A stretch of 62,786 bases of DNA, the filler included, from Psammoneis japonica (Eukaryota): the NCBI GenBank assembly GCA_008632985.1. It is 4 parts of 4 records of this genome, joined end to end, with 100 filler letters (N's around TTAATTAATTAA, not from the genome) between each part and the next. Parts side by side here need not be neighbours in the genome. Positions count along the whole stretch, not along the records: positions 29,175 to 58,384 come from QPGO01000160.1; 3 more parts are not named here. One strand, 5' to 3'. Positions 37,329-49,169 of the stretch are shown in pieces; within the stretch, counting starts at the first letter, position 1, and the number at the start of each line of letters is the position of its first letter. A program made the translations under genes and the position numbers. Under the pieces are notes generated by a model. It did not search any database, was not told where the DNA came from, and saw only the letters and a program-made list of their open reading frames with translations.

Positions 37329-38108
37329 TCAGTGTTGCGTGCACTCCCGCTTCTGTTTTTTCGCAGGTGGCTTCTTTTCCGAAGCAGCACTTTGTTCATC
37401 TTGAGACGAAACAGTACCTTGCGTGGGATGATGAACTGGGATTGGATTCACCATCGACGAGACTTTCGAATTCACCATCTCAGCCTCCAAAAATGCATCA
37501 GCGGCGAAACAGGCGGCACTTGCCGTGTCCAAAGAAAAGCCACTTGAGGATCGAGCAGAAGAGCTTCCTGCAGCCCGTGGGGGACCCAACACTGCTACAC
37601 TGGGGGATTGTTCAGTTTTGAGAACGCTCACGTCCTCGTCACCTCCTTCTTTATTCACATTTATTTCCTGATTGAGCTCGGAATCATCGTCTCTGCTTTT
37701 GGATTTCGAATCATCACCTCCGCTTTTGGGTTCCGGGTCGTGGATTACGGCTGCCGGAGCTGCATCGCGCAGGTTTTGCAAAGCACTGGTGAACCGCGCA
37801 AGGATCTCATTGTCATTGAGATCTTGAGTGCCAGCAACACAACCTTTCACAGCAGACACAGCAGACACCAAAGTCTGAGGGTTACTCTCATAAAAAGATC
37901 GTAAAATTGGTTCCAGGCCTCCAACATAAACCTCAATCGAGTCGTAGGGGTACTGCGGCTGTTCATTACTTTTTTTTGAAACGTTGCTTCTCCTTACAGT
38001 AGCTGATGAGTTTGTAGTAGTCACTGACAACGCGTCGTCCTCCGATGCCACCCACGAATATCGAAACATATCGCCCTTCGCCAAGCTTCGGACACCGCAA
38101 ACGCTCAT
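37329..38108 (-). CDS. Hypothetical Ser-rich protein (TpA-intact copy of a duplicated pair)
   Basis: Open frame; close inverted paralog at 51358-52143. Confidence 0.55.
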   Translation of the reverse strand: MSVCGVRSLAKGDMFRYSWVASEDDALSVTTTNSSATVRRSNVSKKSNEQPQYPYDSIEVYVGGLEPILRSFYESNPQTLVSAVSAVKGCVAGTQDLNDNEILARFTSALQNLRDAAPAAVIHDPEPKSGGDDSKSKSRDDDSELNQEINVNKEGGDEDVSVLKTEQSPSVAVLGPPRAAGSSSARSSSGFSLDTASAACFAADAFLEAEMVNSKVSSMVNPIPVHHPTQGTVSSQDEQSAASEKKPPAKKQKRECTQH

Positions 38109-38158
38109 GGTTTTCAACGACCTCGATCAAACGACATACTGTACACTGTACAGTATGA

Positions 38159-38886
38159 TCTCGCGCACGTGTGCGCGGTTATTAGACTGTGTAGGCGTGA
38201 GTGCGTGTGTGAGGTGTAAGTAGAATATACGTAGAATTACTACTGATGAGTTGACAGGCGGTGGATTTTCCGCCGGTACACAATCTACAGGCTCTACAGG
38301 GAAGATAAATTTATGTTGGTCTCTGAGGCTATTACATATCATTGATTTTGCTAAGGCCTCTAATATATGTATATACCAATTCAAAAGTCTGACAGAACAC
38401 CCCGAAAGAACTCTGGAATCTGGATAAAAAAAATTTCTATTTAACGGTCCGAACAGAATTTCCCCGAAGCGCTTCTCAAAATATCATCAGATTGAATATA
38501 GTAAAACATCTACTATTAGCAAAACAGAGTTATTATCGGATAAATAGATCCCGTGTTCTTCGCGCGCAAACAACACGATAACGCGCAACAACACCATGGC
38601 GAGAAACGCGAACGCCGTCCCCTCATCTACAAGCTGGGAATACGAGATACTATTGAAGTGATTGGACAATGTGTATGCGCTGTATTCATGGGTCAAGTTG
38701 GGTTTCTTCTCGCTGCTTGTTGTTGCGTCATTTTACAACGTTTTGACCCACGCCGTGTTCTTTGGCACTTTGTTGCTTCTGCTCGCGCGCCACCAACAGC
38801 TCTTCCTGCAGGGTGTGGCCAGTTGCACGGCTGCATCGAACCCAAACGTGCGTGACCAACTAGCCCTACCCCGGCTAACTCATGCA
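38159..38886. repeat. ~730 bp repeat, left copy (inverted relative to 44994-45736)
   Basis: Colinear reverse-complement match from TCTCGCGCACGT to CCCCGGCTAACTCATRCA; visibly diverged. Confidence 0.9.
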
Positions 38887-38943
38887 GCATTTTAGCAGTG
38901 CAGGGGGAAGGACAGATGTGCCCACCTCCCAACTCACGCAGCC

Positions 38944-41157
38944 TTGAACGACCTGAGTGCCAATGGCATTCTTTGCAACTCGTCGCCGCCTGTCGAGGCC
39001 GCAGCAGCAGTTGCAAACTTTTTGACGAAGGGAGCGACATGCACCAACCCTCATTCGGCTGTGGCTGCTGTCCCTCCTGCAGCCACCGGTGGAGCACCGC
39101 CGGCACCCCCAAAAACACACCATGACAAGTGGATGAGCCAAGGAGATCACTTGGGTGGGGAGTGCGCGAATTTATTTCGCCAGCACGACACCACCGTCAC
39201 TGCTCCCAAGCCGGCCGCTGCGCTGCTCGAGCACATCATCGACTCGAGTGATGTGGTGCCCAAAGCCTTTTTGGCTCCAGTGTGGCAAGGCGCAGGTTGT
39301 CGTGTCACCTGCATCCACCGGCCCTCAGTTCACATCAGAGACCCGGTGGAGACCTTGCCGTGGGACGGTCGTGTGTTTTGTTTTCAAGGAGACGTCCTCC
39401 CCGGTAACTTCATCTCCATTCTCGAGATGCCCAACACTCCGTTCGATGCCGTGGGGCCTCAGGTGGTGCCTGCGGTTGCCAACATGGCCGCCCCAGAAGG
39501 TGCCTTGGCAGACGAGAACGATCCAATGCCGCCTCAGACCGACGGCGCCCCGGATGCCGACACGATCTACGTCCGTCGTCTCGTGCAAGTGCCCCGCGCA
39601 TGTCTGCATCTTGTGTTGACTCGGGATCTCACCCCACTGCAAGCATGGCACGAACTGGCCGGAGCGATTCAAAACGACGGACGCGTGGGGGACTTGAGCC
39701 CTCTCATTGACTGGCTGCATGCGGCCCTCACTGCCGACACTGCAGCGAATCCCGATCCGGTTCATTGCCTGGGCGACCGTGCCACCGCGTCACTGCCACT
39801 CGCGGTGGACGCCAGATTGCAGGAGCATCGTTGGCGTGCGTTGTTGCAAGACCCACCCACCTTGGATGCAACGGCCGTCGACAACACCGACCGGGTGCTT
39901 GCCTTCACCAACACAGTGCGCGCCAATGCAGCACGCGCTGAAGCAATCCGCACTGCAGCCGCGGCCGCGGCCTCAGCTCCAAAAACGCTGGCTGAAGCTT
40001 TCCCTCAAACTGCACCCGTGTGGCTCTTGCTCTCAAGCGTGCCGGATGATGCAGCCCCACCTGCACTGCACCACACTTGGGCCAATGGCACCAAGGCCGA
40101 GCGGCACCTGTGCTTTGCTCGCGCCTTGGAAGCCCGTGCCCAAGAACCCGATGCCGCGTCTTGCACAGCACCCATGGTTTCAAAGGAGTTGTGCAAGATG
40201 GCGTTGCAAGGAAAGGTGGCACCCCACGTGCACCAAGTGAACGACTTGACCGCCGGCGTCTCCCCGTTTGCTTGTGGTTTCTTTCTCGCCGGCCAAGGCT
40301 CCACCGTACAAGTTCGGGCCGAACGCTGTGACCTGGCGTTAGTGGGCAACTTGACGCCCACCGTTGCAGAGCAAGAAGAGTTCCGGACCAAGGACACACC
40401 TCTGCCCTCGTCCACCTGCCATTGTGGGAGTGTGCTCCAAGCTGCCAGCTTGGTCTTGGATGTCATCCAAGGGTCGAATCATCCCCATGCGGTGGCGTTC
40501 CGGCAGTTCTGCTTGGAAGACTGGCGGGACATGGTCGACTTGCTCGAGCAATCAGGAGCGTTGCCAGCCGAAGGAAACGCACTCCCCCGCATTTGTCGTG
40601 AGGCACAGATGCTCATGGGGGTTCATCTCCGCAGGCTCACGCAAGGCAGCATACCCCGAGTGCCCGATTACACGGCGGTGGCGTGCAAGGTCTTGCACGG
40701 GCAATTCTCCCTGTTGGCACAATTGCCCCGTCATTTGCTCGGCCAGCCAGACCAGGCGACTAACCCCCAGGCGAGCTTGACCAGTGCCAGCAACAGTGGC
40801 ACCCCTTCCGCAGCAGCTGCCGCGGCTGGGCGTCGCGACCCTGGTGCAGCTGTTACGAACCCCAACCCGGTGCGATCGTGGCCAACTGCCTTCGCACAGG
40901 CCGGGATTCGCCTGGCCACGGTACGACGTTTCGCGCCTCGAACCACAGACTTGAGTGGCACCGCGTGCGAGGTGTGCCTGTCGCACCACCTCAAAGGAAC
41001 ATGCTTTGCCAACTGTGAGCGCAGAGGCATGCACCGAAACCTCTCGCCGCGAGAGAGGATGGCTGTGAGCGCCTTCGTTCGCGACCACGTGTCCAACCCC
41101 CAGGAAGGTGGCGCCCCAGCGCCGGCACCCACGCCGGCACCGGCGGCATCCACCTGA
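38944..41157 (+). pseudogene. Gag-like ORF1 of the YR retrotransposon with C-terminal Cys/His knuckle
   Basis: 737-codon frame, Ala/Pro rich, CLSHHLKGTCFANCERRGMH near the end; almost no Tyr. Confidence 0.7.
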
Positions 41158-41208
41158 GGACAGGGGCCGGCTGGCCCTAGAGCCGGCCTGCAGCCCTCCT
41201 CTGCTCAC

Positions 41209-43233
41209 TTGCCAGATCCGCATCAGCAGCACCCACGCAGCAACGAACTGGGCAAGTTGGCAGAGGAACATGTTAAACTCTTGCGCACTTTAGGCTGGAG
41301 CCAGTTCGTTGCACACCTGCGCAGGGAGCCGTGTCTGGCTGAGAATGTTCAGCAGTTGCCCCATCCTGCTGCGAAGCTTCTTTCTAGTCTCCGCAACGAC
41401 GGAGCTCCGGTGCAGTTCTCAACGGAGGACTGGACATCAGACCAGGTCCGGATGGCCACCGAACGTGGTGGCCATCCGTCCACCAACGAGCACCTGGGCT
41501 TCCTCGAGTCGGACATGGCGGACATGATCCAGAAGCGACACTGGACAGTCTTGCCATGCCACGAAGCCTGCAAGCTGCCCCACCTGCGCGTCTCACCAAT
41601 GGGCGTGGTGCCGCAATGCGACCGCCGCCCGCGCACCATCGTGGATTACAGTTTCTACGGCATCAACGACGAAACCGTGAAACACGCCCCTCCGGAAGCC
41701 ATGCAATTCGGTCGCGCGCTTGACAGGTTCTTGCACAATGTCTTCCGCGCCAATCCGAAACACGGCCCAGTGTACATGCTGAAACTCGACCTCTCGGACG
41801 GTTTCTGTCGCGTGGGGCTTCGCCCCCAGGACATGCCCAAGCTTGGGGTGGCCTTCCCAGTGGGCCCGGGCGAGGAACCGCTCACAGCGCCACCTCTCGT
41901 CCTGCCCATGGGCTGGACGGAGAGTCCACCTTTCTTTTGTGTTGGAACAGAGACTGTAATCGACTTGGCAAACAGCTGCGTGCCTGCAGCTTGGGACCCT
42001 CCGATTCATCCACTTGAACAAGCGGCGGCCACACCAGCACCCCATGACGATACCTTGCGGATCGATGTGCCGCCGCCTTCTAGTGCAACCCCAGCTAGCC
42101 GCGTCTCACGCCTTCCTTCGCCCGCCGCTCTTCATCGCAGACGCCAACGCGGCTCCCAGCCGTTGGAGCACTTCGATGTCTATGCAGACGATGAGACATG
42201 CGCGGCACAAGGTTCAAAAGCGCATCTCAACAAGTTGCGTCGTCGCCTCCTGCATGTCAATGACCAAGTCTTCCGTCCCAACACAACTGCCGATGCACAC
42301 TGGCACCGCGAAACTATCTCACTGAAGAAACTCCTCAAAGGAGACGCGTCGTGGTCGACAGTCAAGGTCATTTTGGGCTGGCTCATTGACACCCTAGCGG
42401 GCACCGTGCAATTGCCGCCGCATCGACGGCGATGCCTCCTGGACATGCTTGCCGACACCATCCCGCGCCGCCGCATGTCAAACAAGCATTGCCACAAACT
42501 CATTGGCGAAGTGCGCAGCATGTTGTTGGCGGTTTCTGGCGGTGCCGGCCTGCTCTCCAATCTCCAGCACTCGCTCGCCACCTCAAGTGACTCCCGCACT
42601 CGGATCAACCGTCATGCGCGCCGTCAACTCCAAGACTTGCATGCCCTGGCCGTCGACATTGCTTCTCGTCCCACAAGGCTTGCCGAGCTGTTCCCTGCCG
42701 CCGACGGGCACTGCTGCGGTGCATGCGATGCCGCCAAGCCAGGTTTTGGTGGCGTGTTGTTGCCAGGCCCCGGTGACGACTTCCCTCCCATGGCATGGCA
42801 AGTTCTGCTGCCACCGGACCTGCAGGCTGCCATTGTTTTGGACGACAACCCCGCTGGAACAACAACTGACTCCGATCTCGAGCTAGCCGGCACAGTGCTT
42901 CAAGAAGCCGTCGTCGGCATTGCCGTCGATGTCAGGGAATGCACGGTCCACACGTGCTGTGACAACACCCCGGCCATCTCTCGGCGCGAAAAAGGCTCGG
43001 TCACCACCGACGGTCCCGGCGCCGACACATTGCGGACCGGCAGTCTCCAACAACGAAACTCCGACACGTCTCCCGCTTCCATTGCACACCTGGTCCAGCC
43101 AATCTCCTCGCCGACACGTGCTCCCGGAATTTCACCACACCCTCTCACCTCCTTGCAACTCTCACTCGCCTTGCTCCACAGACGAAACCTTGGCAAATGC
43201 TTCACCCGCCGCCCGACATCGTTTCTTCACTGA
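41209..43233 (+). pseudogene. RT + RNase H ORF of the YR retrotransposon
   Basis: SPMGVVPQ, RPRTIVDYS, MQFGRAL, KLDLSDGF, LPMGWTESPP, YADD, ILGW, CDAAKPGFGG, SDLELAG and CDNTPA. Confidence 0.92.
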
Positions 43234-44350
43234 TCTCCGCCTTGCGACGGCAAAGGCCCACGAAGCTGTCACTGCTGAGCGAGCCCGTGCCACGGACACC
43301 GTCTGGGCCAAGTGCTGGTTGCCTTTCTTGTCCAACATCGGAATCGAAGACCCTCTCCTCACCTGTGTCCAAGACAAAATCCCGATGCTCCGAGTCTTTG
43401 CCTGTCACCTTAGGGATGGACGCCTCAGCCGCAGCGGCAACCCAATCTCAGCTCCGCATGTTCATGACGAAGTCCTTCACGTCGCGAAGACGTTCACCGA
43501 ACTGGGGGCCCCGGACCCGCATCTAACGCCACACGGCATGATGGACCCTCGCCTCACTTGCCTGCACAGTGCATGCTCAAAAGACGATCCACCTCCGAAC
43601 CGAGTTGAGCCTCTCCCGATTCAAACAGTGCACCACGCACAAGCCCTCGTCGATGAATCTTCCGCGCTTGACAACGCCATCATTGACATGTCCTGGATTG
43701 GCCTCTTCTGTCTCTTGTGACCCGGCGAGCATTGCAAAAGCAAGGACAACGACCCCTTGGCACCAGCCGACATCAAACTGCTCATCAGACAACGAGCTCT
43801 CGACCACTTGACCTGTCCCTTGCGACACCTGTTTCTCGCTACACACAGCAGCATCACCTTCGACACCCAGAAGAACCGGGAGCGCGGCGAGACAGCAGGT
43901 CACACCCGAAGCTCCCACTCGAAAGCCTGCCCGGTTCTCGCCATCGCTCGCCGTGTACACCACCTGCATTTGAACGGCGCCAATGCTGACACCCCCCTGT
44001 GTGCCGTGTGCCTCGGTGCGTGTTGGGGTCATGTCACCAGCCGCGCCATTGCCAAGATGCTCCAAGTGTCGGCTGCCGCCCTGCCACACCTCGGATTCCT
44101 GCCAAAAGACATCACAGCCCGCAGCCTCCACGCCGGTGGCGCCATGGCCCTGCTGTGCACCAAAGCAGACACCGACATCATCCGTCTCATCGGCCGTTGG
44201 AAATCCGACGCCATGTTTCGATGCCTTCACGCCCAAGCGTTGCCATTGATCGCAGGACTCTCCACCAAGATCCTGAACTGCGGAAATTTCACGTTGCTCC
44301 CTGGGTCCGACATCCCCCCGTTGCACAAAACATCATCAATCAAGCCAAAG
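43197..44350 (+). pseudogene. Tyrosine recombinase ORF, inactivated
   Basis: FCLL*PGEH (Arg->TGA at 43718), QKNRERG, CPV, RSLHAGGAMAL and IGRWKSDAMFRCLH (catalytic Tyr now Cys). Confidence 0.9.
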
Positions 44351-44993
44351 CACCCACCAACTGACGAGTGCACGACTTCACCCACCCTCAGCTCCGCTTC
44401 TGGCCCATCCCCTTCTTCCTTGTCGGCCCTCCAAGAGTGGCGGATCGGAGGCGGTCTCGGTTGCTGGTGAGCCTGCAGAGGGCAAGAAACCCCAGTGGAG
44501 CACTGACACCACCAACTGCCACCTCCCAACTACAGTGGGACGCACCCCCCAGCAGCGTTGGTGGCGAATGGCCATTTTGGCAGCGCAGGGGGAAGGACAG
44601 ACGCACCCACCTCCCAACGCACGCAGCCTTGAACGACCTGAATGCCAGCGGCATTCTTTGCAACTCGTCGCCACCTGTCGAGGCCGCAGCAGCAGTTGCA
44701 AACTTTTTGACCTTCCACACCCGCCCAACCGCCTGATCGGAGGCGGTCTCGGTTGCTGGTGAGCCCACAGAGGGCAAGAAACCCCAGCAAAGCGCTGACA
44801 CCACCAACCACTGCCTCCCAACTGCAGTGGGACGCACCCCCCAGCAGCATTGGTGGCGAATGGCCACCGGCAGTGCAGCACCGCCGTCTTGTAGTTCGGT
44901 CCTCGCGAAGCCCCAGCACATTGCCAGCCATGTGTGCATGTGTGTTTTTTAAACTTGAATAAAATATTTTTTTAATTACACACATAAAAATAA

Positions 44994-45736
44994 TGTATGA
45001 GTTAGCCGGGGTAGGGCTAGTTGGTCGCGCACGTTTGGGTTCGATGTGATGAGCAACTAGCCATACCCTACAGGAAAAGCTGTTCGGTGGCGCGCGCGCG
45101 ATCGAGCAGAAGCAAGAAAAGCAAAAAACACGGCGTGGGTCAAGACGTTGTAAAGTGACACGACAACAAGCAAGGAGAAGAAACCCAACTTGACCCAGGA
45201 ATAAAGCACATAAATATATTCCAATAGCTTTGATCTTATCTGGAAATACCAGCTGGTAGATAAGTGAACGGCGTTTGCGTTGCTCGCCATGGTGTTGTTG
45301 TGCGTTATCGTGCCGCTGTTATTGCGCGCGAAGGACGGGGATCTATTTTGCCCATAGTGACTCTGTTCTGCCAATAGTCGATTTTTCACTATATTCAATC
45401 TGAAGCTATTTTGAGAAGCGCTTCGCGACAACCCTGTTCGTACCGTTAAATAGAAATTTTTTTTTATACAGATTCCAGAGTTCTTTCGGGGTGTTCTGTA
45501 AGATTTTTGAATTGCGGTATATATATTTAAAAAAGACAAAAGAAATTTTAATGATATGTAAAAGCTTCGGAGATATACATAAATTTATCTTCCATGTAGA
45601 CCACGTAGATTGTGTACCGGCGGAAAATCCACCGCATGTCAACTCACTCAGCAGTAATTCTACGTATATTCTACATACACCTCACACACGTACACACACC
45701 TACACAGTCTAATAACCGCGCACTACGTGCGCGAGA
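44994..45736. repeat. ~740 bp repeat, right copy
   Basis: Reverse complement of 38159-38886; ends in hairpin CGCGCAC-TAC-GTGCGCG followed by AGAC and an A run. Confidence 0.9.
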
Positions 45737-45974
45737 CAAAAAAAATGTCCAGTAATGAAGTGTTGAGAAAATGGAAATGCAGTCGTACGAGTAAGGGGTA
45801 GTTGTCGCGTGCAATTTCGTAGGCAGTGCGCGCGAAATTCGAATCGATTCTGGCGCCGTGTTCAGCATGATGACAGGTTTTTGTTGTCTTCTAGGCGTGG
45901 TGTCAATGCTCTCTGTGGACTGTCTGTTGGTATGCTGTCTGGACAGGTGGGGGTTGATTGAATCGGGGTGGTTC

Positions 45975-46160
45975 AGTGTCTGCAAAGGGACAGACCTGCA
46001 CCATCTTCCCACTGGGGGTCGCCTGGAGCTGATCTGAGAGGCGGGAACACGGGACCCCCTGAGGCAACGGTGGGTTGCCCGAACTGTGGTGACACTCATC
46101 CTCGCATTGACATGGCCACATGCTTCAGAACATGGCTTTTGCCATTTGTCTGATGGTTTC
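45975..46160 (-). mobile_element. 3' end of a CRE/NeSL-like non-LTR retrotransposon ORF
   Basis: KWQKPCSEACGHVNARMSVTTVRATHRCLRGSRVP resembles the KW.KPYS...GYV.ARMS...VRA...CLRGSR C-terminus of restriction-like-endonuclease LINEs. Confidence 0.6.
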
Positions 46161-46785
46161 AATGCTGTCTTTTGCGGAGACCATTAAAAAAAAAATGGGT
46201 GTTCATGGTCGTGCTGCACATGTGACATTTCGAGGTGGCCGGGTAGAAAATGAACAGAGAAAGGAACTGCATGTAAAAAAATGTTGCATTTTTTTCTGTT
46301 TAGAACACACACAATTGGGCTTGAAATGTCATGTCAAATGTCTGTGTTTGCAGCCTCAAGTTGTGTGGTTTGAGCTCAAAACCAATCTTCAAAAAGCATT
46401 TCCCCCGCTCGTCACTCCCAAAGGGCAGAGACATTAAAATTGAATGAATGCACCACTCTCATGTCTAAAGAGGAGTGGACAACATTGAACATGAGTGGGA
46501 GCTGTCTGCTTGTGCCACAGAGAGGGCTGTTTGTCAACTGAGGTTGCCCTGTGGTCGTGACTCTGCAACGGCAACTCTCTCACACAGCCAAAAATGAAGT
46601 GAAAAAGGCACTTGACTGTGACACAAGATTGAGGAATTTGAAAATCTGCAAGTCCCGTTGTCACAACTTTTCCCACCTTGTTTCATTGAGGAGTCTGCTG
46701 CACAGCTGCAGCATGCTTTTTTCGCTGCACATGTGCATTTTTGGCCACGCCGCATCATCTCCATGGTTTTGCATTCATCAACATT

Positions 46786-46875
46786 GTGTCAAGTGGAAGC
46801 TTCAATTCTGACACTTTCCACACCTTGGCTGTGTCAAGTGGAAGCTGCAATTCTGACACTTTCCACACCTTGGCT
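46786..46875 (+). repeat. ~44 bp tandem duplication
   Basis: TGTGTCAAGTGGAAGCT.CAATTCTGACACTTTCCACACCTTGGC twice. Confidence 0.9.
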
Positions 46876-47156
46876 GGCATTTCTTGCCTCCATTTCAAAA
46901 CTTGTTGCTGTGCACATGCTGCTGTTTTGTTGTGGAGCTCTTTTTGTCATTGTTGTTTTGTGCCCTCCTTGTTGCTGCAGAGTGGGGCTTGTCTTTGTAA
47001 GCTGGCTTTTGCTGACAAGGAGTCAGCTTGGCTGCAATCTCCTCCACAGTTGGCAACATGTCTCTAAAGACATGCTCTGATGTGCCAGAAAGCCGAGTGT
47101 GATGCCCTTGATGCCAGGCTGACTCAACCTTTCTTTCTCCTCTCCTCTTCATGTCT

Positions 47157-47404
47157 GCACCTTGCGGCTGCCATTGTTGTTTCCAAATGATCCCCCCTGC
47201 ATCCCACTCCCCCCCCCCAACAAACTCCCAAAATCTGGGAAGACACCTCTCTGACATTTCCAGCAGTGCTTGCATTGTCAGCAACCATGTGCAGCAGCAA
47301 CAATCTTGGTGGCTGGCACCTTGCAGCTGCCGTTGTTGTTTCCAAATGATCCCCCCCAACAAACTCCCAAAATCTGGGAAGACCCCTCTCTGACATTTCC
47401 AGCA
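47157..47404 (+). repeat. Direct duplication, ~160 bp period
   Basis: GCACCTTGCRGCTGCCRTTGTTGTTTCCAAATGATCCCCC...CAAACTCCCAAAATCTGGGAAGAC...TCTCTGACATTTCCAGCA at 47157 and 47316. Confidence 0.85.
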
Positions 47405-48727
47405 ATGCTTGCACCCCCCCCCCCCCCCCCCATCAAAGCCTTTTCAGCATGACAGCATTCACTTTGTCAAGGACGGCAGTTTGCTGTTGTCCAAGCCGCT
47501 GCAAAAGTGTTGCTTCCCAGCAACGTCAGCCCAAACCCAAGGTTGTGTGCCCGGCTGCTGTGTGTCTGCAGTGCGCGCATGTGCTGCTCACAGCTGGCAT
47601 TGTTGTGCATGACAGCCATGTGCTGTCTCCATTTTGACTGTGATGTGCAGTGCTTGGCTTGTCACTTTGGGGAGATTGTGTCAAACCAGGCAGGCACTGG
47701 ATGCTGTTCCTTGACACTCAAGAGACATGCTCCTCTCACAGAGATGTCAAAAACTTCTCTTGTTCTCAAGCCTCAAAATGGAGGCATGCTGCAGCCCTGA
47801 GACAGCTGCAAAGCATGGCTGTTTTAAGTTGTGAGGAACTGGCTTGAGCATCAGCAGTGCACAAACATGGTGCTCAACAAGGATGAGCACCACTTGTTGC
47901 TTTGCCATTGCTTTCATGACTTGCGCTTTCATCAGCCACACATGGTTCTTTCTCATGCTCTTTTTGCACACACGTGGACCTGTGACTTGGTGATGCACAG
48001 AACATTGCATTGGATCAACACAGTGGTGATCAAGAAAACAACAGCATTCAGACTTCCACACCTCTGTGCTGGGCAGGGGGGGATGTGGTGATGTCATGGT
48101 TGGCACATGGCAGATTTCATGTCTTGCTTGTTCATCACATTTTTGCACAAATGTCCACATCCATGTGGGTGCTTGGCATTGCAAACTCAACACACATGAA
48201 ACCATGCACAACTGGGCACAGCTCTGCACTCCTCTCCAGTGACACAGGGGTGAGCATTCCCTTGAGATGAGCAAGTCCCGTGAAGCCAAGAATGTGGCTG
48301 GGAGCAAGTGGGAAACAGCCTCTGCACTCTGGTGCAGCAGAGAATTGGTGGATCGATTGACATTTCTAAAGGCCATCACAAACTGTGCAAGGTCAGAGAA
48401 ATGTTGCAACTTGCACTGCCAATGCCCAGCACCCAAACCACCATGACCACTGAAGGGGAACAGCCATTCTGACTCAAAAGGAAATTGAAGAAAAACTTGG
48501 CTGTGTGTCTTGCCAGGTTGCACTCTTCAATGATTCCAAAAGGGGAAAATTTCACTGATTGGCAAGTGTGTCATTGAAGCAGTCAATGCTTTTTGTTGCA
48601 TTTTAGCAGAAGAGAGCCTTTCTTGTCTCACACATTGTTTTCATGCACTGGCCACCCAGAACAAGTTGATCATGTGATTGAACCAGGAGATGGGCCAGAC
48701 TTGACCAACTGCACCCATGATCCCGCC

Positions 48728-49070
48728 ATGACAATGCCAGAAACAAAGTTGTTGCAGCCTTGGGGTGAGAGGATTTGGATTGTTGATGGGCCAGAAATTG
48801 GCATCAGTGGCTGCCCTCTCACAACACAAATGGCCGTGGTGCACATGCACAGTGGTGGTGCATGGTCGTGGAGTCTAACTCCTTGTTCAGCAGAGTTGGC
48901 ATGAGAGATTGATGGGTGATGTGGCAAAGTCTGGTTCATTGTCGCACCAAATCAAAGCCATCACTTGCATCTCAAGGAATGGTGGTCAGAGCAGTGTCCA
49001 CAAGCCAAAATTCTTGCCCTTGGATTGGCACGCTCACTTGTGAAGAGCTGTGCTTGACTTTGAAATTGTG
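48728..49070 (+). pseudogene. DUF4336-family gene fragment
   Basis: LQPWGERIWIVDGP, TQMAVV, GGAWSWS and FIVAPNQSHHLHLKEW, with stops and frameshifts. Confidence 0.65.
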
Positions 49071-49169
49071 TTGGAAAGACTGCAATGCCAACGCCAATCT
49101 CACACTCACATCACTGTTGCCCCATTGACACTGCAAGACATGTGCAGAGATTGTGACAGGCCCTGCAGG

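Larger units (their letters stand above)
38888..44866 (+). mobile_element. Tyrosine-recombinase (DIRS-order, Ngaro/PAT-type) retrotransposon with split direct repeats A1-gag-RT/RH-YR-B1-A2-B2
   Basis: A1 38888-39026 matches A2 44573-44711; B1 44443-44574 matches B2 44735-44866; three overlapping ORFs in between. Confidence 0.92.

Noticed and set aside
36754..37621. ORFs 36754-37344 (-) and 36968-37621 (+)
   Set aside because: No recognisable domain; they overlap each other and the 37329 gene, and the paralog similarity ends at the 37329 stop.
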